NCBI GenBank assembly: GCA_035063585.1
Contig: JAPSGB010000035.1
Coordinates: 1-47,423, forward strand
Reading direction: 5' to 3'
DNA from: Polyangiaceae bacterium
GTDB taxonomy: Bacteria; Myxococcota_A; Polyangia; Polyangiales; Polyangiaceae
Length of the DNA: 47,423 nt
Part shown: one piece after another, positions 35,582-44,821 of the stretch
Numbering within the stretch: the first letter of the stretch is position 1
Layout of the letters: each line of letters starts with the position of its first letter
Translations under genes and position numbers: made by a program
The notes under the pieces: generated by a model
Told to the model about the DNA's origin: nothing
Seen by the model: the letters and a program-made list of their open reading frames with translations, nothing else
Databases searched by the model: none

Positions 35582-36127
35582 TCAGCGCGGCGCGGCCGGC
35601 GGCACGGCGAGGCTGCGCGTGACGAGCGCCGTGACCAGGAGTGTCCCGAGCACGACGAGCGCCGCGCTCGGCATGCCGAGCCACGCGAACGCCTCCTTCG
35701 CAATCTTGGTGCCGCCGAGCCCGGGCGCCGCGAGCCCCGCGAGCAGCCAGTACACCGGATAGCCGAGCGCGCCGAGCCCGAGCCCGAGCGCCGTGCCGCG
35801 GGTGATGCGGCTCGGCTCGCTCGCGAGCGCGAGCAGCAGGATGAGCGCGAGCGCGGCCGCGCCGAGACCGCCGGCATGCAGGTGCGCGCGCTTCACGTAT
35901 TCCCAAGACTTCTTCACGCTCGCCTCGGCCTTGGCCGAATCACCGCCGTACTTCTCGGCGAGCACGACCTCGGCGTGTGACGCCATCGACTTCTTGAGCG
36001 AATCTTCCGCTCCACCGAACACGATGCCGAGCCCGAACCCGAAGAGCAGGGTCAGCATCGGCAGGAGGAGCGCGAGCCAATGGGGGCGCAGGCGCGCCGC
36101 GAACGTGGTGGAGGGCGTGTCGACCAT
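35582..36127 (-). CDS. Hypothetical multi-pass membrane protein
   Basis: About four hydrophobic helices; RAHLHAGGLG motif. Confidence 0.7.
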   Translation of the reverse strand: MVDTPSTTFAARLRPHWLALLLPMLTLLFGFGLGIVFGGAEDSLKKSMASHAEVVLAEKYGGDSAKAEASVKKSWEYVKRAHLHAGGLGAAALALILLLALASEPSRITRGTALGLGLGALGYPVYWLLAGLAAPGLGGTKIAKEAFAWLGMPSAALVVLGTLLVTALVTRSLAVPPAAPR

Positions 36128-36175
36128 GGGCCGACTCTAGTAGACCGCGGGGCCCGGAGCGAGCCGCGCGCAGAC

Positions 36176-36655
36176 TCACCCCGCCAGCGAGCGCGCGTCC
36201 TCGTCATGGAGCGCCGCGGCCCCGGGCGGCGGAAACCGCACCCCGACCGTGAGCCGCCGGCCCCTCGCTTGCCCCGCGAGCGTACCGGCGAGCCCGACCA
36301 GCGCGTGACGCGCCTGCTCGGAGATGCGCGACGGCGCGGAGAACACCAGCTCGCCCGCTCGAGCGGTTTCCATCGCCAAGACGAGCGAGCGCGCCACGGT
36401 GCGGCGGGCCGCGACGGCTTCGTCGTCCGAGCGCGGACCGGCGGCGATCACGACGGCGTCGAGCGCCACGCCCTGCTCCCAGAGGCCGAGGACCCGACGG
36501 CTCGCCCGGAGCGCGAGCTCACCCGGAGACTCTCCGGGTTGCTGCGGGATCACGGCGCAGTCCGCCCCGCCCCGGTCGAGCGACGGCGGCCACTCGCTCC
36601 CCGCCTCCATGACCACCACGCACGCGCGCTCACGCTCTGTCTCGTCGTCCATCAT
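36176..36655 (-). CDS. Hypothetical protein
   Basis: Coding-like composition from ATG 36655 (MMDDETERERACVVVMEAGSEWP); no recognisable motif. Confidence 0.55.
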   Translation of the reverse strand: MMDDETERERACVVVMEAGSEWPPSLDRGGADCAVIPQQPGESPGELALRASRRVLGLWEQGVALDAVVIAAGPRSDDEAVAARRTVARSLVLAMETARAGELVFSAPSRISEQARHALVGLAGTLAGQARGRRLTVGVRFPPPGAAALHDEDARSLAG

Positions 36656-36894
36656 CGAAATCCGAGGTCGTGCGGCGACGCTCCGCCGCCGCTTGAGAGT
36701 CCACGGCCTCGAGCGCCCGTGAAACGAGCGTTCGAGAACCCATCGCGAGCCCGTGTTGCCCCTCGGAGCCCGCGCCTTCGAGCATGTAACACCCAAGCTG
36801 CGGCTTCGCATCCCAGGCTCGCAAAATAGTCCCCGGGGCCGGCCGGAAACCACGACGCGGCGCGGCGTCACGCGGCTGCTATCCTTCGCGCAGA

Positions 36895-37782
36895 ATGAGC
36901 GCCACTCCGCACGCGCCGCGCTCGCTCCGGCTCGCGCTCGAGACGGGGCTCGAGGCGCACGTGCTCGAGTGGGGCGCGGAGTCGGCGGCGCTCGACCACA
37001 CCGTCGTGCTCGTCCATGGCTTTCTCGATCTCGCCTGGGGCTGGGAAGACACGGTGACCGCCGGGCTCGCCGAGCGCTTCCATGTGCTCGCGCCGGACAT
37101 GCGCGGCCACGGCGACAGCGCTCGGGTCGGAGCCGGGGGCTACTACCATTTCATGGACTACGTCGCCGATCTCGCGAGCCTCATCGACGCGCTCGGTCGC
37201 GCGCGCGTGTCGCTGGTCGGGCACTCGATGGGCGGCAGCATCGCGGCGTATCTCGCGGGCGCCTGGCCCGAGCGCGTTCATCGCCTCGCGCTCCTCGAGG
37301 GCCTCGGCCCCCCGGTCGACGAGCTCCCGGAGCCCGAGCGCGTCGCCCGCTGGATCGGGGAGTGGCGGAGAGCGCGCGCCCGCGCGCCCCGTGCCTACGC
37401 GAGCCTCGAAGCGGCCGCCGCGCGCCTGCGCGAGAACGATCCGCGCCTCGGGCCCGAGCTCGCGCTTCGCCTCGCCGCTCACGGTACGCGCCGCGATCCG
37501 GACGGGCTGCATCGCTTCAAGCACGATCCGCTCCACCTCACCCGCGGCCCCTACCCGTTCCGCCTCGACGTCGCCGAGCGCTTCTGGCGCCGCGTCTCCT
37601 GCCCGGTGCTCCTCGTCGAGGGGAGCGAGTCGCCGTTCCGCGCGCTCGCCGGGCTCGACGAGCGCGCGGCGTGTTTCTCGTCGGTCGAGCGCGTGACGCT
37701 CGAGGGCGCTTCGCACATGGTGCAGCGGCACCGCCCCGCCGAGCTCGCCAGCGAGCTCGCGCGCTTCCTCGACGGCTCGTGA
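36895..37782 (+). CDS. Alpha/beta-fold hydrolase
   Basis: LVHGFLD, PDMRGHGDS, GHSMGG, ASHMVQ. Confidence 0.88.
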   Translation: MSATPHAPRSLRLALETGLEAHVLEWGAESAALDHTVVLVHGFLDLAWGWEDTVTAGLAERFHVLAPDMRGHGDSARVGAGGYYHFMDYVADLASLIDALGRARVSLVGHSMGGSIAAYLAGAWPERVHRLALLEGLGPPVDELPEPERVARWIGEWRRARARAPRAYASLEAAAARLRENDPRLGPELALRLAAHGTRRDPDGLHRFKHDPLHLTRGPYPFRLDVAERFWRRVSCPVLLVEGSESPFRALAGLDERAACFSSVERVTLEGASHMVQRHRPAELASELARFLDGS

Positions 37783-37790
37783 GCGGCGCG

Positions 37791-39656
37791 CTACGGCGCC
37801 GACGCCGACTGGGCCGCCTCGGTGAGGATCTCGGTGAGCTTGCCGGCGAAGCGCTCGGGCTCCTCGATGGCGCTGCCCTCGGCGAGGAGCGCGAGCTCAC
37901 GGAGCAGCGCGGCCCAGTCTCCGAACCTCGGCGATCGCGCCGCGGCGAGCGCGGCGAGGTTCTTGGTGAGCGGGTGCTCGAGGTTGACCTCGAGGATGCG
38001 CTTCGTCTCGGGCACCGGCACCCCGCGGGCGCGCAGGGCACGCTCGACGTGCGGAGCGAGCGCGCCCGGCGGCGACACGAGGCACGCCGGTGAGGCGACG
38101 AGCCGCGACGACGCGCGCACCGCGCCCACCGCGTCGCCGAGCGCCTCGGTGAGCGCCGTGAGGAGCGGCGCGGCCGCCTCGCGCGCGGCGGCGCTCGGCG
38201 TGCCCGGGCCCTCCCCGAGCTCGAGCCCCGCGTCGATCGCGCTCGCGAGCGGCTTGCCGTCGTGCTCGTCGAGCTCGGCGAGCGCGAACGGATCGACCGC
38301 GTCGGTCATGAGCAGCACCTCGTACCCGCGCGCTCGGAGCGCCTCGAGCTGCGGCGCGGCCGCGAGCGTCGCGCGGCTCTGGCCGATGGCGTAGTAGATG
38401 CTCGATTGCCCCTCGGGCATCCGCGCCGCGTACTCCTCGAGGCTCACCGGCGCGTCGCTCGCGGTCGACGAGAAGCGCACGAGCCGCGCGAGCCGCTCGC
38501 GGAGCTCGGGCTCGAAGTGGAGCCCCTCCTTCAGCACCGACCCGAACTGCTCGGTGAAGCTCCGAAAGTCCTCCGGTCGCTCACGGGCCAGCTCGTCGAT
38601 GAGCTCGAGCGTCTGGGCGGTGAGCTGTTTGCGGATCACCTCGACCGGTCGAGAGTCCTGCAAGACCTCGCGCGAGACGTTGAGGGGAAGATCCTCCGAG
38701 TCGACCACGCCGCGCACGAAGCGGAGCCAGCGCGGCACGAGCTCCTCCGCGCTCTCCATCACGAGCACTCGGCGCACGTGCAGCCGCACCCCGTGCTTCG
38801 GCTCGGCATCGAACAGATCGAGCGGGCGCTTCCTCGGGATGTAGACGATCCCCGAGAACATCTGGGTCCCCTCGATACGGAAGTGCTTCCACGCGAGCGG
38901 CGGCTCGAAGTCATGGCCGAGGTGCCGGTAGAGCTCCTCGTATTGCTCGCGCGTCACCTCCTTCGGGGAGCGCTGCCAGAGCGCCGCGGCCTGGTTCGCG
39001 CGGGAGAACTCGCCGTGGTCGGCGAGCTCGATGGGATGCTGGATGAAGTCGCTGTAGCGCCGGATGAGCTCGCGGAGCTTCGCCGGCTCGGTGAGGTATC
39101 GCTCACCCTCCTTCAGCTGGAGGACCACCGTGGTGCCATGCTCGGCGCGCTCGGCCGGCGACACCGTGAACCCCTCGCGGGCGTCGCTCTCCCAGCGGTG
39201 CGCCTCGGCGCTCCCTGCCGCGCGGCTCGTCACCGAGACGCGCTCGGCGACCAGGTACGCGCTATAGAAGCCGACCCCGAACTGCCCGATGAGCTCCGGC
39301 GCTCGCGTCGCGTCGGACTGCGCGGCCTCGAGCTTCTCGAGGAACTCCCGCGAGCCGCTCCAGGCGATGGTGCCGAGGTTCTTCACGAGCTCCTCGGCGG
39401 TCATGCCGACGCCGTTATCCTCGATGCTGAGCGTGCCCGCCTCGGCGTCCGGGCGGATGCGGATGCGGAGCTCGTCGCCTTCGCCCACCAGCGCCGGCTC
39501 GGAGAGCGCGCGGAAGCGGAGCTTGTCGAGCGCGTCCGACGCGTTCGAGACGAGCTCGCGGAGGAAGATCTCTTTATGGCTGTAGAGCGAGCCGATGACC
39601 AGGCGGAGCACCTGACTCACCTCGGCCTGGAAGCGGTGTTCGGTCGCGTCGGTCAT
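37791..39656 (-). CDS. htpG: Molecular chaperone HtpG (Hsp90)
   Basis: [53 protein letters not shown]. Start ATG 39656. Confidence 0.96.
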
Positions 39657-39795
39657 GGCGTGCTCGATAACCACGCGCGCCGGCCAGGAAAAGGGGGGCG
39701 AGCACGCGCTCGGCCCCGGGCGCGAGCGCGCCGCCGGCCGCGCCGGACCAGCAAACCGGCCGGCCTGCCTGATTGCTGCTATGGTGCCGCCCCCA

Positions 39796-41175
39796 ATGCG
39801 CCTCGCCCTGCTCGCCCTACCCTTCGCGCTCCTCGCCGCCGGCTGCGGCGGCTCCTCCGACGACGCCGCGCCGGCGAAGCCCGCGTGGAGCGTCACCGGC
39901 GGCTTCGTGCGCGCCCCCGACGGCCGCGCGGCGCTGCTCCGCGGGGCGAACCTCGCGGACGCGCACAAGGATCGGCCGTACCTCGGCTTTCACGAGCCCA
40001 AGGACTACCAGGCTCTGGTCGACGTCTGGGGCATGAACACCATTCGCTTCCTGGTCATCTGGGCGGCGATCGAGCCCGAGAAGGGAAAATACGACGAGGG
40101 GTACCTCGACCGCGTCGCCGAGCGCGTCGGCTGGGCGCGGGACGCCGGGCTGCACGTGGTCATCGACATGCACCAGGACGTGTACGGTGAGGGCTTCGGC
40201 AGCGACGGCGCGCCGCGCTGGACCTGCGACGAGGCGCGTTACGAGGCGTTCGAGCCGCGCGAGCAGTGGTTCTTCAACTACCTCGACGAGAACGTGCAGG
40301 CGTGCATCGACGACTTCTACGCCTCCGCCGAGCTGCAGGATCACTACGCGGAGGCGTGGCGGCGCGTGGCGGCGCGGCTGAAGGATGACCCGGCGGTGGT
40401 CGGCTTCGACGTGATGAACGAGCCGCACTGGGGCTCGGCGACCATCGGCGATTTCGAGGCCCAGCGGCTGCAGCCCTTCTACGAGAAGATCGTGCGCGCG
40501 GTGCGGCGCGTGGCGCCCGGCTGGCTCGCCTTCCTCGAGCCGAGCGCGAGTCGGAATCTCGGGTTCGCCACCGGGCTCCAGCCGTTCCCCTTCGAGGGCG
40601 TCGTGTACTCGCCGCACTCGTACAACAGCGCCGCCGAGCAAGGTAACGGGTTTAGCTCGAGCGCGCGGACCGCGCTCCTCAACAACGTCGCGCACCTCGC
40701 CGACGAGGCGCGCGAGCTCGGCGCCGCGCTCTGGATCGGCGAGTACGGCGGGACCACCGGCTCCGACGGCATCACCGAGTACATGAACGCGAACTACGAC
40801 GCGGCCGGAGCGGTCGCCGCCGCGAACGCCTACTGGTCGTATGATCGCGGCGACGGCGGCTACGGCATGCTGCAGGCGGACGGCACGCCGAAGCCGGTGC
40901 TGCTCGACGTGCTCGTGCGCCCGGTGCCGGAGTACGTCGCGGGCGATCCGATCTCGTTCGAGTACGACGTGACGACCCGGCGCTTCACCTTCTCGTGGCG
41001 CCCCGACGCGCGCATCGACGCGCCGACCGTGCTCACGGTCCCGGCGCGCGTGTACCCGAACGGCTACGACGTCGACTGCGACGGCTGCGAGACCGAGGCC
41101 GACGGAGCCAAGCTCACGGTCACGACCGCGCCCCGGGGCGAGCCCGCGGTCATCACGCTCAGGGCGCGCCCCTGA
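39796..41175 (+). CDS. GH5 endoglycoceramidase-like glycoside hydrolase lipoprotein
   Basis: Lipobox LAAGC; IDMHQD, GAPRW, acid/base MNEP, SPHSY, nucleophile IGEYG; C-terminal beta domain (RPVPEYVAGDP). Confidence 0.82.
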   Translation: MRLALLALPFALLAAGCGGSSDDAAPAKPAWSVTGGFVRAPDGRAALLRGANLADAHKDRPYLGFHEPKDYQALVDVWGMNTIRFLVIWAAIEPEKGKYDEGYLDRVAERVGWARDAGLHVVIDMHQDVYGEGFGSDGAPRWTCDEARYEAFEPREQWFFNYLDENVQACIDDFYASAELQDHYAEAWRRVAARLKDDPAVVGFDVMNEPHWGSATIGDFEAQRLQPFYEKIVRAVRRVAPGWLAFLEPSASRNLGFATGLQPFPFEGVVYSPHSYNSAAEQGNGFSSSARTALLNNVAHLADEARELGAALWIGEYGGTTGSDGITEYMNANYDAAGAVAAANAYWSYDRGDGGYGMLQADGTPKPVLLDVLVRPVPEYVAGDPISFEYDVTTRRFTFSWRPDARIDAPTVLTVPARVYPNGYDVDCDGCETEADGAKLTVTTAPRGEPAVITLRARP

Positions 41176-41188
41176 GCCGCCCCGCGAG

Positions 41189-41785
41189 TCACGGCGCGAG
41201 CCGCGAGCGCTCCCAGGCTGCACCGCGCCGCGAAAAGACGTGACGATCGTGCAGCCGGTGCTCTTGCCCCACCCAGAATTCGAACCGCTCCGGGATGACC
41301 ACGAAGCCGCCCCAGTGCGGCGGGCGCGGCACCTCGCGGCCCTCGAAGCGCTCGGTGACCTCGGCAGTGAGGCGATCGAGCTCGGCGCGCGAGCCGATCG
41401 GGCGACTCTGCGGCGACGCCCACGCGCCGAGCTGGCTCAGCCGCTCGCGCGTGCGGTAGTAGGCGTCGGACTCCTCGGCCGGGAGGCGCTCGGCCCTGCC
41501 CTCGACGCGCACCTGGCAGTAGAGCGGACTCCAGAAGAACCCGAGCGCGGCCCAAGGGTTCGCGGCGAGCTCGCGCCCCTTTCGGCTCTCGTAGTTGGTA
41601 AAAAACCGCACCCCACGCGCGTCCACGCCCTTGTAGAGCACGTAGCGGAGCGAGGGCCGGCCATCGCTCGTGGCGGTCGCGAGCGACATGGCGTCCGCGA
41701 AGGGTACCCGGGCCCGCTCCGCCGCTTCGTACCAGGCAGAGAGGGTGTCGAGAGGGTCGTCGTGGAGCTCGAGCCGGCGTTGCAT
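41189..41785 (-). CDS. pdxH: Pyridoxamine 5'-phosphate oxidase
   Basis: AMSLAT, FFTNYESRKG, GAWASPQS, PPHWGG, EFWVG..HRLHDR, W...RLAP. Confidence 0.95.
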   Translation of the reverse strand: MQRRLELHDDPLDTLSAWYEAAERARVPFADAMSLATATSDGRPSLRYVLYKGVDARGVRFFTNYESRKGRELAANPWAALGFFWSPLYCQVRVEGRAERLPAEESDAYYRTRERLSQLGAWASPQSRPIGSRAELDRLTAEVTERFEGREVPRPPHWGGFVVIPERFEFWVGQEHRLHDRHVFSRRGAAWERSRLAP

Positions 41786-41889
41786 CGCCCGCCCTCTACC
41801 ACGCGGCCCCGCCAGCCGCCCGGGCTCGCGGGAGAGCGCCCCCCGCGCCGCTTGGCGGAGCCGCGAGGCGCGGATATGCCTTCCATCTC

Positions 41890-42726
41890 ATGACGACCCG
41901 GAGGGATCTCATCGCGCTCGCCGCGCTCGCGCCGCTCGCCGCCGCCTGCGAGGCGCTCGGCATCAAGGGGACGGTCATCACGAGCGTCACCCAGAACGGC
42001 CACACCACGGTCAGGCAGCGCGACTTCAAGAATTGGGACGAATTCGAAGAGGCGATGGGCGAGGTCGCGACCGACTTCTCCGAGTTCGCGAAGCAGGTGG
42101 GAGCCGTCACGCGCGAGCTCATCTCGACGCTCACCGACGTGCCGCCGCCGGGCAAGGTGAAGCTCGGCGCGCTCGCCCCATCGCTCGCGCCGTTCGAAGG
42201 CAACCTCGACTACGACTACCTCACGGTGGCCAGCATGCAGCCCGACGCTCCCTACCAGTTCGAGTACGTGCGCCTCGGCATGCCGGACTACGACGCCTTC
42301 TTCAAGGCGTCCGCCGAGCTCTACGCCACCGCGTATCAGCTCCTCGAGACGGGCCGGCACATCGTGCTCGCCAACGCGGCGGCGAAGGGCGAGCGGCCGC
42401 CCTCCGACGTCGAGGCCGGCAAGCGGCGACTCCCGAAGTCCGAGGTCGAGCAGGCCCTCGGCACGCTGCGCGCGACCGACGACTCGGCCGTCGCCAAGAA
42501 GGCCGAGCAGCTCGAGGTGCTCTACGGGTCGGTGGTGACGCTCGGGCAGACGCTCGCCGCGCGCACCGCCGACACGCTCTCTACCGGCGCCGCGCTGGTC
42601 GCGAGCGCACCCGCGCAGATCGTAAACCCGAAGCTCGTCCTTCACCTCGACCTCATCGTGAAGGGGCTCACCGAGAGCCTCGCGCTCGTGAAGGACACCG
42701 GCGCGCTGCTCGGTGAGCTCGTCTGA
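41890..42726 (+). CDS. Hypothetical Tat-type lipoprotein
   Basis: TRRDL twin-arginine-like motif and lipobox LAAC; helical-looking body; strong GC3 bias. Confidence 0.75.
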   Translation: MTTRRDLIALAALAPLAAACEALGIKGTVITSVTQNGHTTVRQRDFKNWDEFEEAMGEVATDFSEFAKQVGAVTRELISTLTDVPPPGKVKLGALAPSLAPFEGNLDYDYLTVASMQPDAPYQFEYVRLGMPDYDAFFKASAELYATAYQLLETGRHIVLANAAAKGERPPSDVEAGKRRLPKSEVEQALGTLRATDDSAVAKKAEQLEVLYGSVVTLGQTLAARTADTLSTGAALVASAPAQIVNPKLVLHLDLIVKGLTESLALVKDTGALLGELV

Positions 42727-42762
42727 GCGCCCGGCTCCGAAGCGCGAGAGCCAGCGCAGGCC
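42602..42762 (+). repeat. 161-bp direct repeat, copy 1
   Basis: Matches 43595-43755 with 6 mismatches counted by eye. Confidence 0.92.
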
Positions 42763-42935
42763 CTCGACGCTCGCCAGCACTGGCCGGGCCCTACCTGCCG
42801 TGGGCCATCCCGCACGCGGCCTCGCGGCACCGGAGCGCTCGCGTCGCTCGACGCCGCGAGGTTCCGCGCCGGACCGGCATCACCTGCCCGCGGCGCGGCC
42901 GCCAGCTGGCACCGGCGAACGCCACGGGAGCCCCA

Positions 42936-43268
42936 TCAGCGCGTGAAGGTACCGCCGGAGCTCTTGCAGCTGGCCTCGCAGCCCTCTGGATTGCTGTAGC
43001 AGGCCCGGCGTTGATGCTCACCGATCGCGCAGACGCCCAGGCGGCCGGACGCCGGGCATTCCCCGTCAATCAGGGTCTTCTTGGCCGCTTCGAACGCCTG
43101 GCAGTTCGACTCACGCCGCTCCCGCGGTACGAGGTCGTTCTGCTCGAAGCATTGAACCACCGTGCCCTGCTCGTCGGCCAACACGCAGGCCGTACGAACC
43201 TCGGGCGGTTCCTTCTTGGCGCACGCGACGATTACGCCAACCAACAAGAACGACCACGCGTTTCGCAT
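42936..43268 (-). CDS. Small Cys-rich lipoprotein (110 aa)
   Basis: Lipobox IVAC plus eight further Cys; lies inside the segment bracketed by the direct repeats. Confidence 0.75.
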   Translation of the reverse strand: MRNAWSFLLVGVIVACAKKEPPEVRTACVLADEQGTVVQCFEQNDLVPRERRESNCQAFEAAKKTLIDGECPASGRLGVCAIGEHQRRACYSNPEGCEASCKSSGGTFTR

Positions 43269-43594
43269 GGCGCCCGGTTATCAGCGGCGCGCCGGACAGT
43301 CAACCCGGCCTTGCGCGCCGAACGTCCGAGCAGGCGCGGCGCGGCCGGCAGCGAGCGCGGAGTCCGCTTGGTGGCCCATGGAGCTGGCGGGATGAAGAGC
43401 GCGTAATGAGCGCGAGCGGCGGGCGGAGATCGAGGCGCTCGTCGACGAGGCCGAGAGCCGCGCTGGGCTGGCGGCTCGGGCAGCGTGCGGGCGCCCGAGC
43501 ACGCGGCAGGCGGCGTCGAAGGTTCGGGCGAGAAGGATCGCCCACGGCGCATTTCGAAGTCGCCGCGTGTTCCGGCTCCGTCTCTGCCTCGAGC

Positions 43595-43755
43595 CGAGCG
43601 CACCCGCGCAGATCGTAAACCCGAAGCTCGTCCTTCACCTCGACCTCATCGTGAAGGGGTTCACCGAGCGCCTCGCGCTCGTGAAGGACACCGGCGCGCC
43701 GCTCGGCGAGCTCGTCGGAGCGCCCGGCTCAGAAGCGCGAGAGCCAGCGCAGGCC
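43595..43755 (+). repeat. 161-bp direct repeat, copy 2
   Basis: Offset 993 bp from copy 1; contains the stop codon of the 43729-44697 gene. Confidence 0.92.
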
Positions 43756-44697
43756 GGCGCCGCCCGGGAGCGGCTCGGTCGAGAGCGCGGAGGTCGCCTC
43801 GCCGCTCGGCCCGCTCGACAAGACGAGGTACGCGCCGAGCCCGAGCCCGACCGCGCCGACGATGAACCCCGTGGTGCTCACCGCGCCGAGCGTGCGGCCG
43901 GCGTCGGCGGCGTCGGCCCCGGTCTGGTTGCAGCGCTTGGCGTCGTCGCAGTTGTTGTCGGCCACGCTCTTCTTGCCGAGCACCATGAGCCCGGTGATGG
44001 CGCCCACCGCGACGCCCGCGACGCCGACCGCGCCGACCACGTAACCGGCGGTGCGCGTGCCGGAGCCGCTCGCGCTGGCTCCGGGGTCTTGGGATGGGGG
44101 CTGCTCCGGCGCGGAGCCGGGCCCGGACGAGGGCGCGCTCGCCCCCACGGTGACGTCGAGCGCGCGCTGCTCGCCCTCGGCGAGCGTCACGCGAAAGACC
44201 GCGTCTCGGCGCCCCGGCGCGCTCACGCGCACCACGTGCTCGCCGGGATCGACGGGCAGCGGCGTGCCGAGGCTCGCCGCGCCGAGCGCGACGTCGTCGC
44301 GCTGCACGACCGCGCCCGGCGCGCCGTCCGTCAAGCGCACCGCGAGGCGGGGCAGCCGCTGCTCGAGCGCAGCTCGCCGCGCCAGCGCGATGGGGCGGCG
44401 ATCGTCGTTCGCGGGCAGTTGTTGCGCGACCTCCTGGAAGCGCGCCCACGCGGTGGCGACGTTCCCCCGCCGCTCCTCGCAGTCGGCGATATTGAAGACC
44501 GTGCCGATGGCAGGATCGAGCCGGTTGCTCTCGTAGAACTTCGCGCACGCGGTGGCGTAATCCCGCGCGTCCATGGCGGCGCGACCTTGCTTGAAGAGCG
44601 CGTCCGCTGCGGCCGGATCCCGCCCCTGCGCGCGCGCGCCCGGCGCGAGGCAGAGCCCGAGAGCCAGGAGTGGGACCGCGACGAACTTCGAGCTCAT
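43729..44697 (-). CDS. Secreted/membrane TPR + PEGA-like protein (myxobacterial type)
   Basis: Signal peptide ending ARA; ADALFKQGRAAM...ACAKFYES..LDP TPR-like helices; PVDPGEHVVRVSAPG PEGA-like strand; Gly-rich C-terminal TM region. Confidence 0.8.
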   Translation of the reverse strand: MSSKFVAVPLLALGLCLAPGARAQGRDPAAADALFKQGRAAMDARDYATACAKFYESNRLDPAIGTVFNIADCEERRGNVATAWARFQEVAQQLPANDDRRPIALARRAALEQRLPRLAVRLTDGAPGAVVQRDDVALGAASLGTPLPVDPGEHVVRVSAPGRRDAVFRVTLAEGEQRALDVTVGASAPSSGPGSAPEQPPSQDPGASASGSGTRTAGYVVGAVGVAGVAVGAITGLMVLGKKSVADNNCDDAKRCNQTGADAADAGRTLGAVSTTGFIVGAVGLGLGAYLVLSSGPSGEATSALSTEPLPGGAGLRWLSRF

Positions 44698-44821
44698 GCT
44701 GCTCGCGAAGTCTACGTCAGAGCTCCCTCGGAGGAAACCCGCGCGCCTCTCTCGGGATGCGCCCGCGCGCGCGAGCGCTGCTCGCGCTGCCCGCGGCTGA
44801 GCGCCGAGCGCCTGGACCTCT

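Noticed and set aside
36656..36894. Possible ncRNA or riboswitch in the 240-bp divergent intergenic region (also 46280-46531)
   Set aside because: No recognisable family motif or convincing terminator by eye. An Infernal/Rfam scan would be needed.
43381..43594. Coding-like fragment ERRAEIEALVDEAE inside the insert
   Set aside because: It is preceded by an in-frame stop, has no start and no recognisable family; it cannot be supported as a gene or pseudogene.
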